The notes under the pieces: generated by a model
What the model saw: only the letters and a program-made list of their open reading frames with translations
What the model was told of the DNA's origin: nothing
Databases searched by the model: none
Assembly: GCA_934477125.1 (NCBI GenBank)
Contig: CAKSOL010000004.1
Coordinates: 106,664 to 170,663 of the forward strand
Length of the DNA stretch: 64,000 bases
Origin: an uncultured Eubacteriales bacterium
Lineage (GTDB): Bacteria; Bacillota; Clostridia; Oscillospirales; Acutalibacteraceae
Reading direction: 5' to 3'
Position numbers and translations under genes: made by a program
Part shown: positions 63,532 through 64,000 of the stretch, in pieces
Position numbering within the stretch: position 1 is the stretch's first letter
Layout: each line of letters opens with the position of its first letter

Positions 63532-64000
63532 ATGACAGTTACCGTTGAAAGAGCAAAGCTGCTTGAGGGCGTTCAGAAGCTGCAGAGAGCCGTAGGAGCA
63601 AAAAGCACGATGCCTGTGCTTGAGGGTATTCTGATTTCAGCCGAAAAGGGACTTATAACTCTTTCCTCCTATAACCTCGAAATAGGAATGAAAAAGGAAA
63701 TGTATGCGCAGTGCGAAAAGGAGGGCGATATCGTTATCAACGCCCGGCTGCTTGCGGACATTCTGAGGAAGATGAACAGCTTACAGGTTGAAATAACCGC
63801 TGATGAAAAGCTGCTCTGCCATATCAGCGGAGGCGGCGCGGTTTTCGATATTATGGGAATGGCGGCGACGGATTATCCCGAAATGCCCTCCGTTGCCGAT
63901 GGAACGCGCATTGAAATCGACAGCAAGCTTTTCAGCAAAATGGTTTCGGGAACTATTTTCTCGGTTGCGCAGGTTGAGGGAACGCGGCCGATACTGACGG
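63532..64000 (+). CDS. dnaN: DNA polymerase III beta sliding clamp, N-terminal part (runs off window)
   Basis: MTVTVERAKLLEGVQKLQRAV... with GGAG RBS. Canonical dnaA-dnaN order. Confidence 0.9.
   Translation, partial: MTVTVERAKLLEGVQKLQRAVGAKSTMPVLEGILISAEKGLITLSSYNLEIGMKKEMYAQCEKEGDIVINARLLADILRKMNSLQVEITADEKLLCHISGGGAVFDIMGMAATDYPEMPSVADGTRIEIDSKLFSKMVSGTIFSVAQVEGTRPILT

Overview
High-GC (about 58-60%) Firmicutes/Clostridia-type chromosomal window, probably an Oscillospiraceae/Ruminococcaceae-like genome, that ends at the replication origin: dnaA at 61830-63149 (+), DnaA boxes and an AT-rich unwinding element between dnaA and dnaN, and dnaN running off the right edge. Most genes left of the origin lie on the minus strand (co-directional with replication) and are housekeeping. 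They include the dgt-dnaG-rpoD macromolecular-synthesis operon, rpmE, spoIIR, ispE, rqcH, trmK, yhaM, purA, queT, rnhA, lexA with its SOS box, two flavoproteins, a flavodiiron protein and trmB. A TPP riboswitch sits upstream of thiT, followed by a DUF1015 gene and an orphan cpsC/cpsD pair. A nine-gene aromatic amino acid supraoperon (aminotransferase-pheA-aroB-aroC-aroE/K fusion-aroQ-aroA-tyrA-aroG) is preceded by a Phe/Tyr-rich leader peptide with a terminator-like hairpin, which looks like a ribosome-mediated attenuator. A plus-strand block (31.3-44.9 kb) carries rpmH-rnpA-yidD-yidC-jag, a small alarmone synthetase, prfC, the rnfCDGEAB operon, an S26 peptidase, DUF4317 and a YlbJ-like membrane protein; its head-on orientation suggests an inversion that separated rpmH from dnaA. 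Three things the gene annotations do not explain stand out. (1) A family of tandem 7-bp repeat arrays with unit NNTCTAA, 4-7 units each, occurs at about 9 intergenic sites, almost all in the same orientation. Some lie between a promoter -10 box and the RBS of pyk and DUF4317, some supply the stop codons of flanking genes, and two sites are inverted pairs. (2) A conserved ~55-nt two-hairpin element occurs three times: upstream and downstream of dnaA, and in the leader of a small Cys-rich gene, each time in the sense orientation of the downstream gene. (3) Two AT-rich islets are present: a DUF559 endonuclease gene bounded by 15-17 bp inverted repeats, and an RHH/small-membrane-protein islet whose promoter shares an exact 17-mer with the dnaA promoter. 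No rRNA, tRNA, CRISPR or recognisable defence system was found. All coordinates of non-ORF features are read by eye and may be off by 1-3 nt.
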